NCBI RefSeq assembly: GCF_018977255.1
Contig: NW_024704742.1
Location: 75,766,001 to 75,830,000 of the forward strand
From: Callorhinchus milii
Lineage: Eukaryota
Direction: 5' to 3'
DNA length: 64,000 nucleotides
The translations under genes and the position numbers were made by a program. The notes below the pieces were generated by a model that made no database searches, was not told the DNA's origin, and saw only the letters and a list, made by a program, of their open reading frames with translations. Of the stretch, positions 1 to 13,765 are shown piece by piece; position 1 is the first letter of the stretch; the number at the start of each line of letters is the position of its first letter.

Positions 1-3000
1 GATCCTGAACTCGATCCTCTGAAGGATAGGGAACCAATGGAGTCGGGCGAGAATGGGAGAGATGGGGTCACGGAGTTTGGTGCGGGAGAGGACATGGGTT
101 GCAGAGTTCTGGATTATCTGCAGTCTGTGGAGGGAGGAGTCGGGAAGGCCGACAAGCAGGGCGTTTGCATAGTCGAGCCTGGAGGTGATGAAGGCATGAA
201 AAAGGGTTTCAGCGGCCTGAGGGGTGAAGTAGTGATGGAGCCGGGTGATGTTACGGAGGTGAGGGAAGGCAGAGTGGGTCATGGCTTGGTCCCGCTGTTG
301 AGATTGTCTGTGTGTCTCTACTCCGTCTCTAAAGTTTGTGTGGGTTTGTGAACGTGTGTGTCTGTGTATGTGTGTGTGTGTCTATGAGTGTGTCTCTGTG
401 GGTATGTATGTGTCTCTCTCTCCCTCTCTGAGTGTGTGTGTTTCTCTGGGTCTCTGTGTCTGTGCGGTGGCGGCCCAGAGCAGTGATGACCTCCTGGAGC
501 CCTGCAGTCAGGACACTGGTGAGCTTGGTGAGCAATGCTGGTGTTTAACGCATTTCCAGGCCTTGAAATATAGTGTGGGGTGGAAATGGACCATTCGGCC
601 CTTCGGGCCTGTGCTGGTGTCCCCCACCCCCCTCCCCTGAGTGGGCCACACAGTTTTTGTTAAATTTGCAACAATCTAATATGTGTTCTTTCTTCATGTT
701 TAGTTTTTATCAATAAAATGAAAAAAATCAAAGTTGGCAGTAAAATGTGCCTCTCAATAGCATCAATCAATTCCCTGCAATTTCCAGCAAGATTTTTTAA
801 ATTGCCCTGCAATTTTGGCAAAATATTTCTGCAATTTTCTATTGGCTCTGCTCATAGCTCATTTCTCTACACTGGGGATCATCCTCAATGTTCTTCTTTG
901 CACTGTCTCTGGGGCCGGGGCATGTTGCCTGGGCAGTGCTAAGGTGCGCTGCATTGTTGGAAGTGAAAGATGAGGTGCTAAACAGTGGTCTCGTCTGCCT
1001 TTTAAGTTGGACATTAAAGATTTCATGGCATTTGAAAAGGGAAGGGATTTTCAAAGGTGACCTGGCCAACAATCACCCAAATAAAATTGGTCACTCGCTT
1101 CATGTCTGTTTGTAGGATGTTGCTATGTGCAAAATTGGCCGTCATGTTTACCCACAAAACACACCATGAAGCTCTTTGGGAAGTCCTCCCAATGTGAAAG
1201 GCACTACACCAAATGGAAGCATTATTATTATTAAACTCTCTGGGACGCTACCCTTCGTGAGGAGCTCTGTACCAAATATCAAAATCCAAGGATTATTATT
1301 ATTATATAGATGCAAGTTGATGTTATATTCACCTTGTAGCAATGTGTGGGATCTTGCTGGCACAAATGGCTGCTGCATTTGTCTACAAGTCAGCACACTT
1401 GACAGCAGTTATTTGTGAAGATGCTACAATAATGAAAGTTCTTTCTATGCACATTTTTGAAAGTTATAGAGGTAATGTTCTGTTTACATTCTGTGTGAAG
1501 TTATGCGTTTGCACTGGCCTAAAAAACCCTGCACTTCTATTGTACTAGAAATTGCTTCCATACATAAAAGATCATCAAAATTGCAATTAAGCTGTTCTGA
1601 TTTATTATAAATACTGTAGTGAACTGTGGACTTGGATTTAAGATTATCTGAGTTAATAAGTTACAATGGAACCTCAGTTGCAATGTAACTCATTAACTCA
1701 CATCACTAGGCAGTGTGTAAAAGATGGGTAGATTTGAAATTTCCATTAATCTTATGATAGTCACATGCCTCAAATAGCAATTTACATTTATAGTATAAAG
1801 CGTCTTTCACGTCAGGATGAAAGCACTTCACACCAGTGAATGGGAGCCCAAGCTGGGGAGGGGGGAGGTGACCAAAGATGCAGTCAAAGAGGTAGATTTT
1901 CAGAAAGGGGTTTTGAAATCAGAGAGGTAGCAGGGAGCAGGTGAGCGAGTGAGTGAACGCTTGCCTGGCAATTGTGTGGTTGAAGGGCTGAGCAATGTAG
2001 CCCCTAATTTCACGCACAATGTAAACTGAGTATAACAAATCTGCTCTTAAAATTTTCTTTCAGATTGAACTACCAAATCTGCCACTTCTATGACTTTTGT
2101 TTCAGCCTTTTTATTCCATCATAAGAAAACTCAGCCATTTATTCTTCAATATAACTATCTAAAGAACCATACAGCTAATGTAACTATCAGAAGAGACAAT
2201 CTGTTCTCAGGAGGGCTGTCTTTCCCCAACCTTCAAAAACAATAACAACACAATAATACAAACAAGATGGGACACTCCAATAACCAGCATTGTAGGGCCA
2301 GGTTTACCCCGAAAACTCTCAGTTACTTTAAAGCAATGAACAGTTGTATACATTCTGAATCTGAACAGAAGCACACACTCCTATTAAGGCTAAGGCCACA
2401 TTTGAAGGCACAGTATTTAGAATAAATTACAACTACTCAATTTTCAATATCATTGATCTTTTATGGAAACAATTCTAGGTGCAATATGAACTGCAAGGCA
2501 CTTAGGCCAGAGCCACCTCCTAACTTCACACAGAATGTAAACAGAACAGACTTGAAATCACATCTTAAACCTAATACCCGCATATGTATTTCAAAGCAAA
2601 ACAGGATTCTGTAACATCTGGGAATAATACTCTCCTTTTAACAAAAACTAAATTTTAAAAAANTCCGAAATAACTTGATACAGCCACGAGTTACTTTTAC
2701 ATGGGTTTGGAATTATGACCGATTTATAGCGTACATTTCAGTACCTGTGTGGACGTCGACTTTAAACTGTATTAATCCCCAAAGATGAATTTCACCTCAG
2801 CAGCAACTATCCAATGGTAAACAGTATAACATATCCCAGGAGGACACCTCTAAGTGCCCTGGGAATAACCAAGTTGCCTGCTGCAGAATAACAATTCACA
2901 CATCTCGAATAAATTCAGTAAAAATAACTATGAGGGAAAAANTTTAATAAAGGCAACAGTGGCTAGCCATAACTCAGTGTAACATTTATGGTGTGGATTA

Positions 3001-4824
3001 ACAAGGTCTATAAACTTGTGTCCAATACTTCTCTATAGGTGAAGTTGGTCCCAAGTCCAATTTCACACTGCGGCCTTCCCCAATGAACCAGGACATAATG
3101 TTAATATAAAACTCACCTTGTGAACTGATGCTCATCACCTATAAGATGACTAGTAGTTACAGTGCAGGAGCCACTTGACAAATCTCATTTCTTAAAGGAG
3201 TATCATTACTGAGGTATTATTTTTGTAGGGAATGCGAGATCACACTGAAAGGTATTCATTAGCAAGGGTGGAAGTGGAAAAGGATTGGAGTATAATTACA
3301 GACGGAATGCTGGGTGACATCTTGAACTTGAGGACAGAACCAAAAGCTTAATGTTTTGGAAAAATGTCTTTAGTGCTCTACAAGGCTGCCTTGCTAATAT
3401 GGTCAAGAAGACAACAGGTGCACATTGCTCCCCAATTTGACTAGTACACTCTCAGCTTTCCTCTTCAACCACCTTCAGTCATCTTCCCTTTCTCCTCAGC
3501 TCAGCATCACATCTACCATTGTTCAGCACTCCCCAATGCTAACCCCACTTGAACAAGAACAAAATTACATTTATAGAGCGACTTTCACGTCAGGAGGATG
3601 TCTCAAGGCGCTGGACAGTCAGGGATCAGGACCTGAGCATGGGGAGGGGTGGGGTAGGAGTGAGGGAAGGCAGAGAAGGGGGAGGGCGACTGAAGGCACG
3701 ATCGAAGAGGAGGGACTTGAGACCAGCCTTGAAGGACACAATATAAATGCGAGTTGTTGTTGTGATACACAAAATAGAATGAGCAACTTCTCTTGGTAGT
3801 TCCCAATCGGCCAATGGGTAGATTTGAGACCATTTAGCAAAGTATTTACATTTTCATTAAGTAACAATATTCTCCCTCAGACTGGCAAACACCCACAGAG
3901 GCTTTGTAGCCTTCATGTCCGATACTGATAAAAGCCAAGGGCAAGAATTCTCCCTTAAAGGGAAGTAGAATAATCAGCAGCAGATATCCAACATTTCTTG
4001 AAATAAATGAAGCCCAAAACAATTGAAGCATTAATTCTGCATTTGGTTTTACAGAATGTCTCTGTGCATGCCAGACTACGTGGGTTGTGTGACCACCACA
4101 AACACGAAGCGTGAAACTCCCCAACTCTGCCATTGAGCTTGTACTTCACAAGACCTTTAAAGATTCAGATGAAGAAAGCCCTTTAGTCTATTTGAACTCA
4201 TCCTTCATGTATACTCACGTCCTATCTTCCAATGACAATATCAAGCAGTTTCTAAATAGTTTCTTACATGAGTTCAGTTCCTCAACCCTCTGTGTAACAA
4301 AAGACTTCCTGTCCAGAATTGCTCTCGACAACGCTGAGGCTGCAAGCTCTTGTCTTTCTGCACTGGCGTATCTGAAATAATTGTACTGGGTTTATTTTCT
4401 CAAACTTATTTAGGATCTTATATACTTCTAAAAGGTCCCCTCCGAGATATCTCTGTTTATGGTCCTAAGTATCTAGTTGTTCACTTGCATCAGTCCCTCA
4501 CACAGTACATATCAATGAGTGTTAGTAACTTTTTTTAAAATAGGTTTGGAATTGGCCAAATGCAATAGGCCTTCCTGCTCCTGTACATTCCTTGATTCTT
4601 ATACAGAATATAAATTGTATTCCTATTCTTCTTCCCAATGTGGATTCTTTTTCACGATATAAAATATATTGGGACTAGCAAGTAAATGAGAAATACTAAT
4701 TTTTCTACTTTAAAAATAACCAATGGTGTAGTGCAAAGTACTAATACATGAAAATATAAAAGCTGATGGACAAAATACAGTGGTCCAGAGTTTCAATAAA
4801 CACTATAGAATCTGTGCACCTTAC

Positions 4825-5011
4825 CTCTGTACTCCTTCAAGCTGCTCCTTTGTGTAACTCTTTGCTACATCTCCACGAGTGTCCTTCTCTGTGTTACCCC
4901 CATTTCCAGCTGCGTCACCTCCAGGTTTTCTGCAATAGGGTTTTCCAGATTCATGGTGATGCTCATTGTTACCAGCTGTGCTGCCATTTTTGGTGATGGC
5001 ATCTATCAATG
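4825..5011 (-). CDS. DNAJB14: DNAJB14 coding exon 2
   Basis: TTTAG| acceptor and |GTAAGG donor, in frame with exon 1: (A)LIDAITKNGSTAGNNEHHHESGKPYCRKPGG...KSYTKEQLEGVQR. The KNGSTAGN..CRKP motif indicates DNAJB14 rather than DNAJB12. J-domain exons were not found in the window. Confidence 0.92.
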
Positions 5012-5149
5012 CTAAATGGGAGGGAAAGGTAAGTGAATGTAATTTTGTTGTTGTTGAAAATGACAGAAAAATAGACTGCTGATCATGAAAAGGTATAAAA
5101 AGGTTTCCCTCTGATTATACAGTGGAGCTGAACTGGCTCCAAGGTGACA

Positions 5150-5902
5150 TAAATAGGGGCATGAAATACAAAAATCAGGAAGTATGATAAACCTTTATAA
5201 AACACTGGTTAGACCTCAGCTAGAGAACTGTGTTCAGTTCTGGAACACCACACTTTAGGAAGGACGTCAAGGCATAGAGAGGCTACAGAAGCTGGGATTA
5301 TTCTCCGTGGAGCAAAGAAGGTTAAGAAGAGACTTAACAGAAGGTTTCAAAATTATGAAGGGATTCGATAGGGTGAAGAAGGAGAAATTATTTCCACTGG
5401 TGGGTGGGTCGGTAACCTGAGGGCACCAATTTAAAATAGTTGTTACAAGAAACAAGAGGGGAGGCGAGAAGAAATGTTTTCACACAGTGAGTTGTTCGGA
5501 TCTGGAATGCATTGCCTGAAAGGGTGATAGAAACCAATTTGATAACAACGTTTAAGTTACCAAATAGGAGGAGTATATTATATTATTAATTTATTCAACT
5601 AACCCATCAGGATTAAGCAGGGTGAAACCTTGGGCAAGTTTCCTTACTCCACACGCCTGATAATAATCCCTCAAGAAAAAAACAATAATAAATTGATCAT
5701 TTCAATCCATGACCGTTTGTGGGACACTGCTGTACACAATTGGCTGCCGCGTTTCGCCCACAAATATACAGTCAATTCACTGTACAGTATATTCTATGAA
5801 GCGCTTTGAGACTTCTGGAAGACGTAAAAAGCGCTTTATCAATTGCAGGGATTATTATTATTATTATTATTAAGGGAGAAGTAGATAATTATTTGGGGAG
5901 GG
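5150..5902 (+). mobile_element. CR1 3' fragment interrupted by a SINE (about 5556-5870)
   Basis: Reverse-complement similarity to the 3' part of the 10033-11758 CR1; a SINE body with (TTA)n tail sits inside it. Confidence 0.8.
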
Positions 5903-7028
5903 TATTCCAGGGCACTGATGGTGACAGCACAGCCAGCCTGGCTCATCGGCAGTAACTGGAAGGACAGACCAGTAACTGGTGCTGGGACTCTTCAAACTCA
6001 GCTCCTGTTAATCCTGCAAGCTAAAATCCTAACAGGTAGGGTGGTTCTAGCTGGACAAGCCAGAATTAGGTAAGTAGGATACACCTCTCCAAGGAGAAAG
6101 TGTTAGCCAGGACACCAGGAGAAACTCCCTTCTATTTTTCAGTAGTGCCTTGGGATCTTTGATGTCCACCTAAACAGACAGTTGAGACTGAGTCACTTAG
6201 GTTTTTACTTACTGATCATTTAGGGCCTGTCATAGCTCTTTCCATCCCACTAATCCCATTTGGGAATCAATTTCCTCTAGTTAAAGGAACAACCTCTCGA
6301 GTGAAGCATTCATTTAAAAACATTGAGCCTCTACATAATTATTATCACTGCAATACTATAAAATAATAATAATTTGGTCACTTAATCCACCACTGTGGGA
6401 CACTGCTGTGTGCAATTGGTTGCTGTGTTTCCCCCACTAAACATACAGTCAATTCACTTTACAGTATATTCTGTGAAGCGCTTTAAGATATCTAGAAAAC
6501 GTGATAAGGCGCTATATCAAATGGAAGGATTCTTATTCTTCTTATATTATTATTACTGAAATCACCATTTCTTTCACTGTGACCTCCCAGTTGTCTCAAA
6601 ATGAGAAGATTGAATAGGTAGCTGGTTCTCATGCCTTGACCAAAAATACTCAAACTTACGATCTGAAGCTACATGAACTAATTGCTCTCCCAAGGGAAGA
6701 ACAGCCACTAGCTGGGTACCTTAACAACCTGGAAGGCTTCTTTTCGCTGTTCCTCCTGTACAATGCAAATTCCTGAATCTTCGCAGCTAACATTCTCCCA
6801 ACTATATCAACACAGTAAATCACTAGGATGCCTCTACTTGCAGATTTGTAGATTGTACTGTACTGAAAACAAATTCTACACAAATAGCAAGAAGCTCATG
6901 GACATACCTTGTTAATAATTAAAGCTCACCAAGTTAAAAGTAGTTATTTTTATAACATTTAATAATTTAAGTGCTGTCATGAAGCCCAATGTCATCTCCT
7001 AAAACTGCGAAAAAGGCAAAAAGTTTGG

Positions 7029-7100
7029 TTACATACTTGAAAGGACTTTTAAAGTGATGACTTTAAAGTCATCACTTCAAAAGTCCTTTCAAGTATGTAA
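7029..7100. repeat. 72-bp palindrome (36-bp arms, no loop, one mismatch)
   Basis: TTACATACTTGAAAGGACTTTTAAAGTGATGACTTT followed directly by AAAGTCATCACTTCAAAAGTCCTTTCAAGTATGTAA. Confidence 0.95.
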
Positions 7101-8904
7101 TACTTCAGTTGCAAGAAATCTTTTTCTATCTAAATCTATTTGATTTCCTTCCCTTCCAATTCTTCAGCAGAAAAACTGTAGACAACTGGATCCCTCATTA
7201 ATACCACTTTTGAGTTTGGATCACATACAAAGTGCCTCGGCAGCTCCAGGTAATAATAAGGTGCTGGGAAGTTCTCTATACCATGTCACTGAACGCTGCA
7301 GAGGCGTTTTACCCCAGTGTTTCCACCAGAGAGGACATAACATTAAAATCAACAACAACAACTTGCACTTATATAGCAGTCTCCACACAGGATAGTGTCT
7401 CAGAGAGCTTATAAATCAGGGGAATGTGGGGTAGGTCTGAGATGAGGAAACTAGCCTTATTCTGTTCCTAATTTCCCAGATTCCTACGTACTGTACCAGC
7501 CTATAAAAAGGATCTATATTAATGAACATGACTGGAAGGTGATGTGATAGTTTTAAGTGAAGTTTTGGAAAAGATTGAACCTTAATTGAGATGAGAGCAG
7601 GTTGGAACACTGCTCTTTAATGTCTGAGACATAAACCCATTTAACATCTGAGACACGGATTGAAATCCAGTCTAACTGACTTTGACTTCAGTACTCCAAG
7701 CCAATGTGAAGGGCATTATATACATCCAAGTTGTTATTTTTGATGGGATGAGAATGATCTCAGGTGGCTCTAATGATCCTATGTGAAACAACCTTGGGAG
7801 TTAACACAGCACAAAATTACATTTGTAAAGCGCCTTTCACGTCGGGAGGACATCCCAAGGCATTGGACAGTCAGGGATTTGGACCCGAGTGGGGGGGGGA
7901 GGGGATTGGGATCAGGGAGGGTAGGGAGAGTGGCTGAAGGCGTGGTCAAAGAGGAGGGTCTTGAGACATGTCTTGAAGGAAGCGAGGGAGCGAGGCAAAG
8001 GGAATGTGGGATGGAGTTTCAAGGGTGGGGCAGAGAGGCTGAAGGCCCGACTGCCAATGGTGGGACCAGACGGGTGGGGGACGTGAAGCAGGCTAGTGCC
8101 TAAAAGACTCCTAGAATACTCAATTTCTTCTTGAGTCTTCTAGGCTCCCACTAGCCTAGAAGACTAAATTTTAAGGATCAGCCAGACTAATCTGGCTCTA
8201 GAAGACTCAATTTGTCCACAGTAGCGAAAATATGCCTTCAATCTCACAAGAGTAAAGTCCAAACCGTGAGGTAGTCTGGGCTGAACAAGTGGCATAAAAC
8301 TCAGCAACGTTCATACTGGTAAGTTATGTAGTGAATACTTTCTCTCACATTGAACACCAAAATGGTAAAAGAGGAAAATTCCAGGTAGAATTTTGGGGTT
8401 TTCACTCAGTAGGAACCTATTCAGACCATCATGCCTGTGCTGGCTCTCTGAAAGGGCCACTCCCCCACCGCTTCTCTTTTTCTAAAAATATATATTCATA
8501 CTATCTTTTATATTACTTATATTAAATGTTTCGTTTAATATCTTTTAAAGCACTGTTTGTTTGCCTTAAGGAGGCGGTTTGTGTGGAGGCAGTGAGTAAT
8601 GGGACACTTGGGGATGCTGCTCAGGGACAGCCAGTGCCTGGAGCCACAATGTGCCCGGCGGAGGATGCCCAGGCTGGGGCAGAGGGAAGTGGTGATGGGG
8701 TCCAGAAGAGAGAGAAGGCAGGCAGGGGAGGTGGGAGAGAACGACAGAGTGGGAGTAGCGGATAGAGGGAGGTAGGAGGAGAGACATTTAGAGTGGAGGG
8801 GGAGGCTCGGGTCGGGGCGGCAGCCAAAACACGTACGCAGAGACCAGGAGCGAGCATCAGTGGGACGACATCAGCCCGCAGGCTGTGTGATCATGGCTAA
8901 GATG

Positions 8905-9360
8905 TCATGACCCAATTACCCCAGTCCTTGCCAGACTGCACTGGCTGACTGTCCCAGAGAGGTTGGATTTCAAGATCCTCACTCTTGTATTCAAATCCCT
9001 GCACTCGTCTGCACCCCCCTACCTCTCTGACCTCCTCTCTCTTTACAACAGTGCCCGCTGCCTTTGCTCCACCGGATCTGGCCTCCTCCTTGTCCCCCGA
9101 ATCCTCCGCTCCACCCTCGGCGGCCGTACCTTCAGCCACTATTCCCCGAGGCTCTGGAACTCACTTCCTCACTCCCTTCGCCTCGCCCCCTCTCTTCCTA
9201 TTTTCATGTCTCGGCTGAAGACCTTTCTTTTCGACCGCGCCTTTGGTCACCTTCCTCCCCCTCCCCCTGGCTCGGCCCGGGATCCATTACTGTGAAGCAC
9301 TCTGAGACGCCATCCGGCGTGGAGGGCGTTATATAAATCCAAGTTGCTGTTGTTGTTGTT
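8905..9360 (+). mobile_element. L2 3' fragment. Further L2 pieces at about 1-282(-), 3548-3735(-), 7805-8100(-), 13005-13585(+), 15070-15522(+), 24445-24870(+), 26755-27135(+), 31060-31372(-) and 46295-46643(+)
   Basis: Shared FKIL..F/YK.LHGLAP.YL, GGRAFS..AP.LWNS.P and FK..LKT.LF motifs, plus a common 3' tail. Confidence 0.85.
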
Positions 9361-9956
9361 TGTTGGTACATTCCATGTCCTCATAATCATTTGTGTTAAA
9401 AAAAGGTTCTAACCTTTTTTATGATAAATCTTAAATTGATGCTTAGATTGGAAGCAAAGTTCAGTAAGAATAATGGCAAGATTGAAACAATAATAATAGT
9501 AATGAAAAATTACATTAAAAAGTCTGAATAATTATCATTTCCAACATCAATTTGATTAAACATTCAAACCTGATGGAGAGGGGTTGAAGGAGTAGTGACG
9601 TATCTTCTTACTCCTAATTTCCACATCCTTGTCATATAAAACCTGTAATTCCATCTTCTTACTCAAATGTTCCCAACTTTTCAACTCTCTCCAATTAGCT
9701 ATAAATCTCTCATACTTCATTTATTCTAGTGAATGACTTGTTTTCCTTCATGGCTCTGATGTCCTTTCTATATATGGGATGTCCAAAACTGAATGCAATA
9801 CTTGAACTCCGGCCTAACCAAGGTTTTGCACAAAACTAACATTACCTCCTTGCTCTTACACTAAATGCCCCCATGTAAAAAAAACGGTGATTCAAGATCT
9901 GTGGGGAAAATAAATGATCCTGTAACACTTCACAAACTATTAGTCCTGCAGTCCTA

Positions 9957-12035
9957 TGGAGTCCTTTAGTTCAGTGGTTAGTTCACTCCCCTCACAAGCG
10001 AGAGACCTGGGTTCTATTCCCGGGAGGGCGAAATCATAGAATCATAGAATTATACAGTACAGAAGGAGGCCATTCGGCCCATCATGTCTATGCCGGCTCT
10101 TTGAAAAGAGCTACCCAAATCAATCCCATTCCCCCGCGATCTCCCAATAACCCTGGAAACTTGTCCTCCCCAAATAATTGTCTACCTCTCTCTTAAAAGT
10201 TGTTATCGAATCAGCTTCCACCACCCTTTCAGGCAATGCATTCCAGATCTGAACAACTCGCTGTGTGAAAAAAAATGTTGTCGCCTCCTCTCTGTTTCTT
10301 TTACCAACTATTTTAAATCGATGCCCTCCTGTTACCCACCCACCCACCAGTGGAAATAGTTTCTCCTTGTTCAACCTATCGAATACCCTCATCATTTTGA
10401 AAACTTCTATTAAATCTCCTCTTAACCTTCTCTGCTCCAAGGAGAATAATCCCAGCTTCTCGAGCCTCTCCTGATAACTGAAGTCCCTCATTCCTGGTAC
10501 CAATCCTGGTGAATCTCCTTTGCGCCCTCTCCAATGCCTTGACATCCTTCCTAAAGTTTGGTGCCCAGAACTGAACACAGTACTCTAGCTGAGGCCTAAC
10601 AGTGTTTTATAAAGGTTCATCATAACTTCCTGACATTTGTATTCTACGCCCCTATTTATAAAACCTAGTATCCCGTACGCTTTTTTTAAAAAAATAGCTC
10701 TATCTACCTGTCCTGCCACCTTCAAAGATTTACTTATTTGAACCCCGGTCTCTCTGTTCCTTCACCCTCTTTAAGATTGTACCATCAGCTTATATTGCCT
10801 CTCCTCATTCTTCCTCCCAAAAATGCATCACTTCACATTTCTCCACATTAAACATCATCTGCCATGTGTCTGCCCATTTTACCAGTCTGTCTATGCCCTT
10901 TTGCAGTCTGCTACCCTTCTCCTCACTGTTTTCTACTTTTCCTAACTTAGTATCATCTGCAAACTTGGAAATTGTACTCCCTATACCCAAGTCCAGGTTA
11001 TTTATATAGATCAAAAACAGCAGTGGTCCCAATACTGACCCCTGAGAGACACCACTGCACACTTCCCTCCAGTCAGAAAAACAACCATTCACCACCACTT
11101 TCTGATTCCCAGCCAGTTCTGTATCCGCTGCCACTGTCCCTTTAATGCCGTGGGCTTCTATTTTGTTTACAAGTCTCTTATGTGGCACTTTATGAAACAC
11201 CTTTTGAAAATCCATATAAACTACATCAACTGCACTACCTTCATCCACCCTCTCCGTTACTTCATCCAAAACTCTTATCAGGTTTGTTAGACATGATTTG
11301 CCTTTAACAAATCCATGTTGGCTGTCCTTTATTAACCCATATTTTTCTAAGTGAAAAATTATTTTGTCCTGGATTATAGTCTCTAGAAGTTTCCCCACTA
11401 CTGATGTTAGGCTGACTGGCCTGTAGATCCCAGGTTTATCCTTCTGCCCCTTTTTGTACAAGGAGTAACATTTGCAACCCTCCAGTGCTCTGGCACCACC
11501 CCCGGTGTCCAAGGAGGATTGAAAGATTGTGGCCAGAGCCTCCGTTATTTCCATTCTTACTTCCAGATGCATCCCGTCTGGACCGGGTGACTTATCTATC
11601 TTGAGCATTGTCAATCTTTTTAGTACCTCCTCTCAGTTTATTCCTATTTTATCCAACTTGTATACCCTCTTCTCCGATACTGTGGCATTGGCTGCATTCT
11701 CTTCTTTTTGTGAAAACAGATGCAAAGTACTCATTCAGTACGTCAGCCATGCTTTCTGCCTTTCGGGCAAGCTTCCTTACTCCATACACCTCTGTTTACC
11801 TAGCATTAAGTAGGAACCCGGTTGTTAGTCGAATGGCGGATCGCTTTTCTGGGGATGATAATCCCTCAAGAAAAAAACAATAATAATTTGGTTACTTAAT
11901 CCACACTGTTTTTGGGACACTGCTGCCACGTTTTGCCCACAAATATACAGTCAATTCACTTCACAGTATATTCTATGAAGTGCTTTTAGACGTCTAGAAG
12001 ATGTGAAAAACGCTATATCAAATGAAAGGATTATG
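9957..12035 (+). mobile_element. Family-A SINE split by the CR1 insertion (head 9957-10032, body about 11759-12035)
   Basis: The head ends ...GGGCGAAA and the sequence resumes CCTTTCGGGCAAGCTTCCTTACTCC; these two parts are contiguous in other copies. Confidence 0.8.
10033..11758 (-). mobile_element. CR1-clade LINE, 5'-truncated RT and 3' portion
   Basis: KSPGPDG, YRPVSLTS, GVSQGSVLGP, KFADDTK and LEQRRLRGDLIE motifs; ATTCTATG tail repeats near 10033-10050. Confidence 0.95.
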
Positions 12036-13765
12036 AGTACACTACCCTACATCTTCCACCTTATTTTAAGCTAACTATTCTACAAACTAAAAGGTTGGAC
12101 GAGACATTAAAGTCCCATTTGCCTATTCAATTGGGCATTAAAGATCCCAAGACACTAACCAAAAACAGAAAGGAGTTTCTCCCAGTATACTGGCCAACAA
12201 TTTTCTAGATAAATTGGCCATTTGCCTCCTGGCTATTTGTGGGACATTGTTAAGTGCATTTTGGCTAATACATTTCCCCATTGTGGCTGCACGTTACAAA
12301 AATTCCCCATGAAACACTTTGAGATGTTTTGATGTTATAGGCACAAATACAAACATTGTTATATTTCTGACTTGCTGTCTCAATCACTGTCGTGAACAAG
12401 TAATCAGCATGAATAAATCTAAAACTTTTTCCAGGTAACTTTAAAAAGTTCTTTTGGTTAAAGTTGACATTTTCACAACCAAAAAAACCCTCAGATCTTC
12501 AAACAAACTGAACATCCTAGACCTATAAATACAAATGTTTTTCTGTGTGACTTTATGCAAGTTACTATTTTTCTAAAGTTTGCTCAAGAACTTTTTAAAT
12601 TGAGCTGTTTAGTATATAAAATATATCTAGATCGATTTCTGTTGTCTGCTGCATTGAGTTAAATTAAGCTCAGCTAAACTACTGAATTAAATTTCATCTC
12701 TCCAATGAGTGTGTGCACAACATACTCTGATAAGCAGAATATGCACAGTTAGAATCCAGGTCCCAATCAAGTCAAAAACCTAGAGGAAGCCAACATGAGA
12801 TTCAACTGTATCACATAGTACAATAATAGGAGTGTCTCGGTCTGTATCAAATAATATACCATCTTTACGTGAAATGTAAATCTAAATGTGAAATTGTTGT
12901 AAAATATATCCAATATTAATGTCTATTTAACCTAGTTAGAAATAGTGAGAGTGAATCACACAACAATTGCGCTGATATACTTTTAAAAGTTATAGAGGGC
13001 ATATTATACACGCCTTCATACATGCGTTCATTACAACCAGGCTCAACTATGCCAATGTCCTGCTTGTCAGCCTTGCTAACTCTTCCCTCCACAAGCTGCA
13101 GATCATCCAGAACTCTGCAGCTTGTGTCCTCTCCCACACCTGCTCCGTGACCCCATCACACCCACCCTCGCCCGGCTCCACTGGCTCCCCATCCCTCAAG
13201 AGGATCGAGTTCAAAATTCTCTTCCTCACCTTCAAGGCCATCCACGGCCTTGTCTCCTCCTACCTCTGCGACCTGCTAACGCCTTATCAACCCGTCCACT
13301 CCCTCCACTCAGCAGGCTCTGGCCTGCTCCATGTCCCCCGCTCGGCCCAGCCAACCGTCGGCGGCCGGGCCTTCAGCTTCTCTGCCCCCACCCTCCAACT
13401 TACATTCCCTTCACCTTGCTCCCTCCTTCAAGGCACACCTCAAGAACCTCCTCTTCGACTGTACATTTGTCCATGCTCCTACCCCCACCCCCCTCCATGA
13501 TCCCAACCCCATCACCCCGCTCGGGTCCTAATCCCTGACTGTTCAGCACCTTGGGATGTCCCCCGAAGTGAACGACACTTTTGTATTGCATTACTAGGCT
13601 GCAAAACCTGTACCTCCCAGAAGCTAATGTTGAAATTACCCCATTCACAGAAAGTGCATATTTCACAATGGAAATGCAGGCTTGCGACATTTTCTTAGTC
13701 ATCGGCTGGGCCAACAGAAAAATGTGGCCACAGTTTCTTCTCAGAATCCACTATAAACGCCTCCT

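Noticed and set aside
3117..3138. Possible 22-nt micro-exon in DNAJB14 intron 2 (TAG|...AAG|GTGAGT on minus)
   Set aside because: Weak polypyrimidine tract, frameshifting and no homology; chance occurrence is likely without RNA evidence.
9957..10032. Possible tRNA gene (similar heads at 39350-39402 and 59740-59813)
   Set aside because: The anticodon region varies between copies and each continues into a SINE body, so these are SINE heads rather than tRNAs.
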